A program made the translations under genes and the position numbers. DNA of 63,892 bases, counting the filler, from Octopus bimaculoides (Eukaryota): assembly GCF_001194135.2 (NCBI RefSeq). It is 5 parts of 4 records of this genome, joined end to end, with 100 filler letters (N's around TTAATTAATTAA, not from the genome) between each part and the next. Parts side by side here need not be neighbours in the genome. Positions count along the whole stretch, not along the records: positions 62,381 to 63,892 come from NW_026429906.1; 4 more parts are not named here. The stretch is one strand, 5' to 3'. This document shows positions 63,853-63,892 of the stretch, one piece after another; position 1 is the stretch's first letter, and each line of letters opens with the position of its first letter. The notes under the pieces are model-generated. The model had not been told where the DNA came from. It did not search any database and saw only the letters and a program-made list of their open reading frames with translations.

Positions 63853-63860
<8 letters not shown>
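62530..63860 (+). repeat. Tandem ~460-bp duplication containing a 30-bp minisatellite; second unit interrupted by a SINE
   Basis: 62531.. and 62991.. share gaact.gcaccaa...ctgataccaa...gttgcctac; 62765-62950 matches 63250-63330 plus 63750-63850. Confidence 0.88.
63353..63746 (-). mobile_element. Full-length SINE family A
   Basis: Reverse complement of the family A consensus seen at 22507 and 58029. Confidence 0.95.

Positions 63861-63892
<32 letters not shown>

Overview
AT-rich animal genomic DNA, most consistent with an octopus (coleoid cephalopod) draft scaffold; the taxon is inferred from the repeat landscape and was not checked. The window is dominated by microsatellites, many N gaps and three tRNA-derived SINE families (called A, B, C here). 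It also holds decayed transposon pieces: several LINE types (R4/Dong-like RLE, RTE, CR1, possible Tx1/L1), Penelope-like elements, mariner and DD37D/maT transposases, a Helitron-like fragment and MITEs. No intact host gene can be established; only short candidate exons are visible, so the window is probably intronic or intergenic. Almost all long ORFs in the supplied track are artefacts of N runs or simple repeats. Most notable: (1) hammerhead-ribozyme-like folds associated with Penelope remnants, (2) a 1.2-kb foldback element with a perfect 9-bp target-site duplication, (3) a cluster of three distinct RLE retrotransposons at (AAT)n/(ATT)n tracts, (4) a full-length mariner nested in a SINE's internal microsatellite, (5) four TGACGT sites at exact 11-bp spacing, (6) an unidentified ~4.5-kb island with decayed coding-like frames, and (7) candidate short exons on both strands. 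All translations and alignments were done by eye; no database searches were run.
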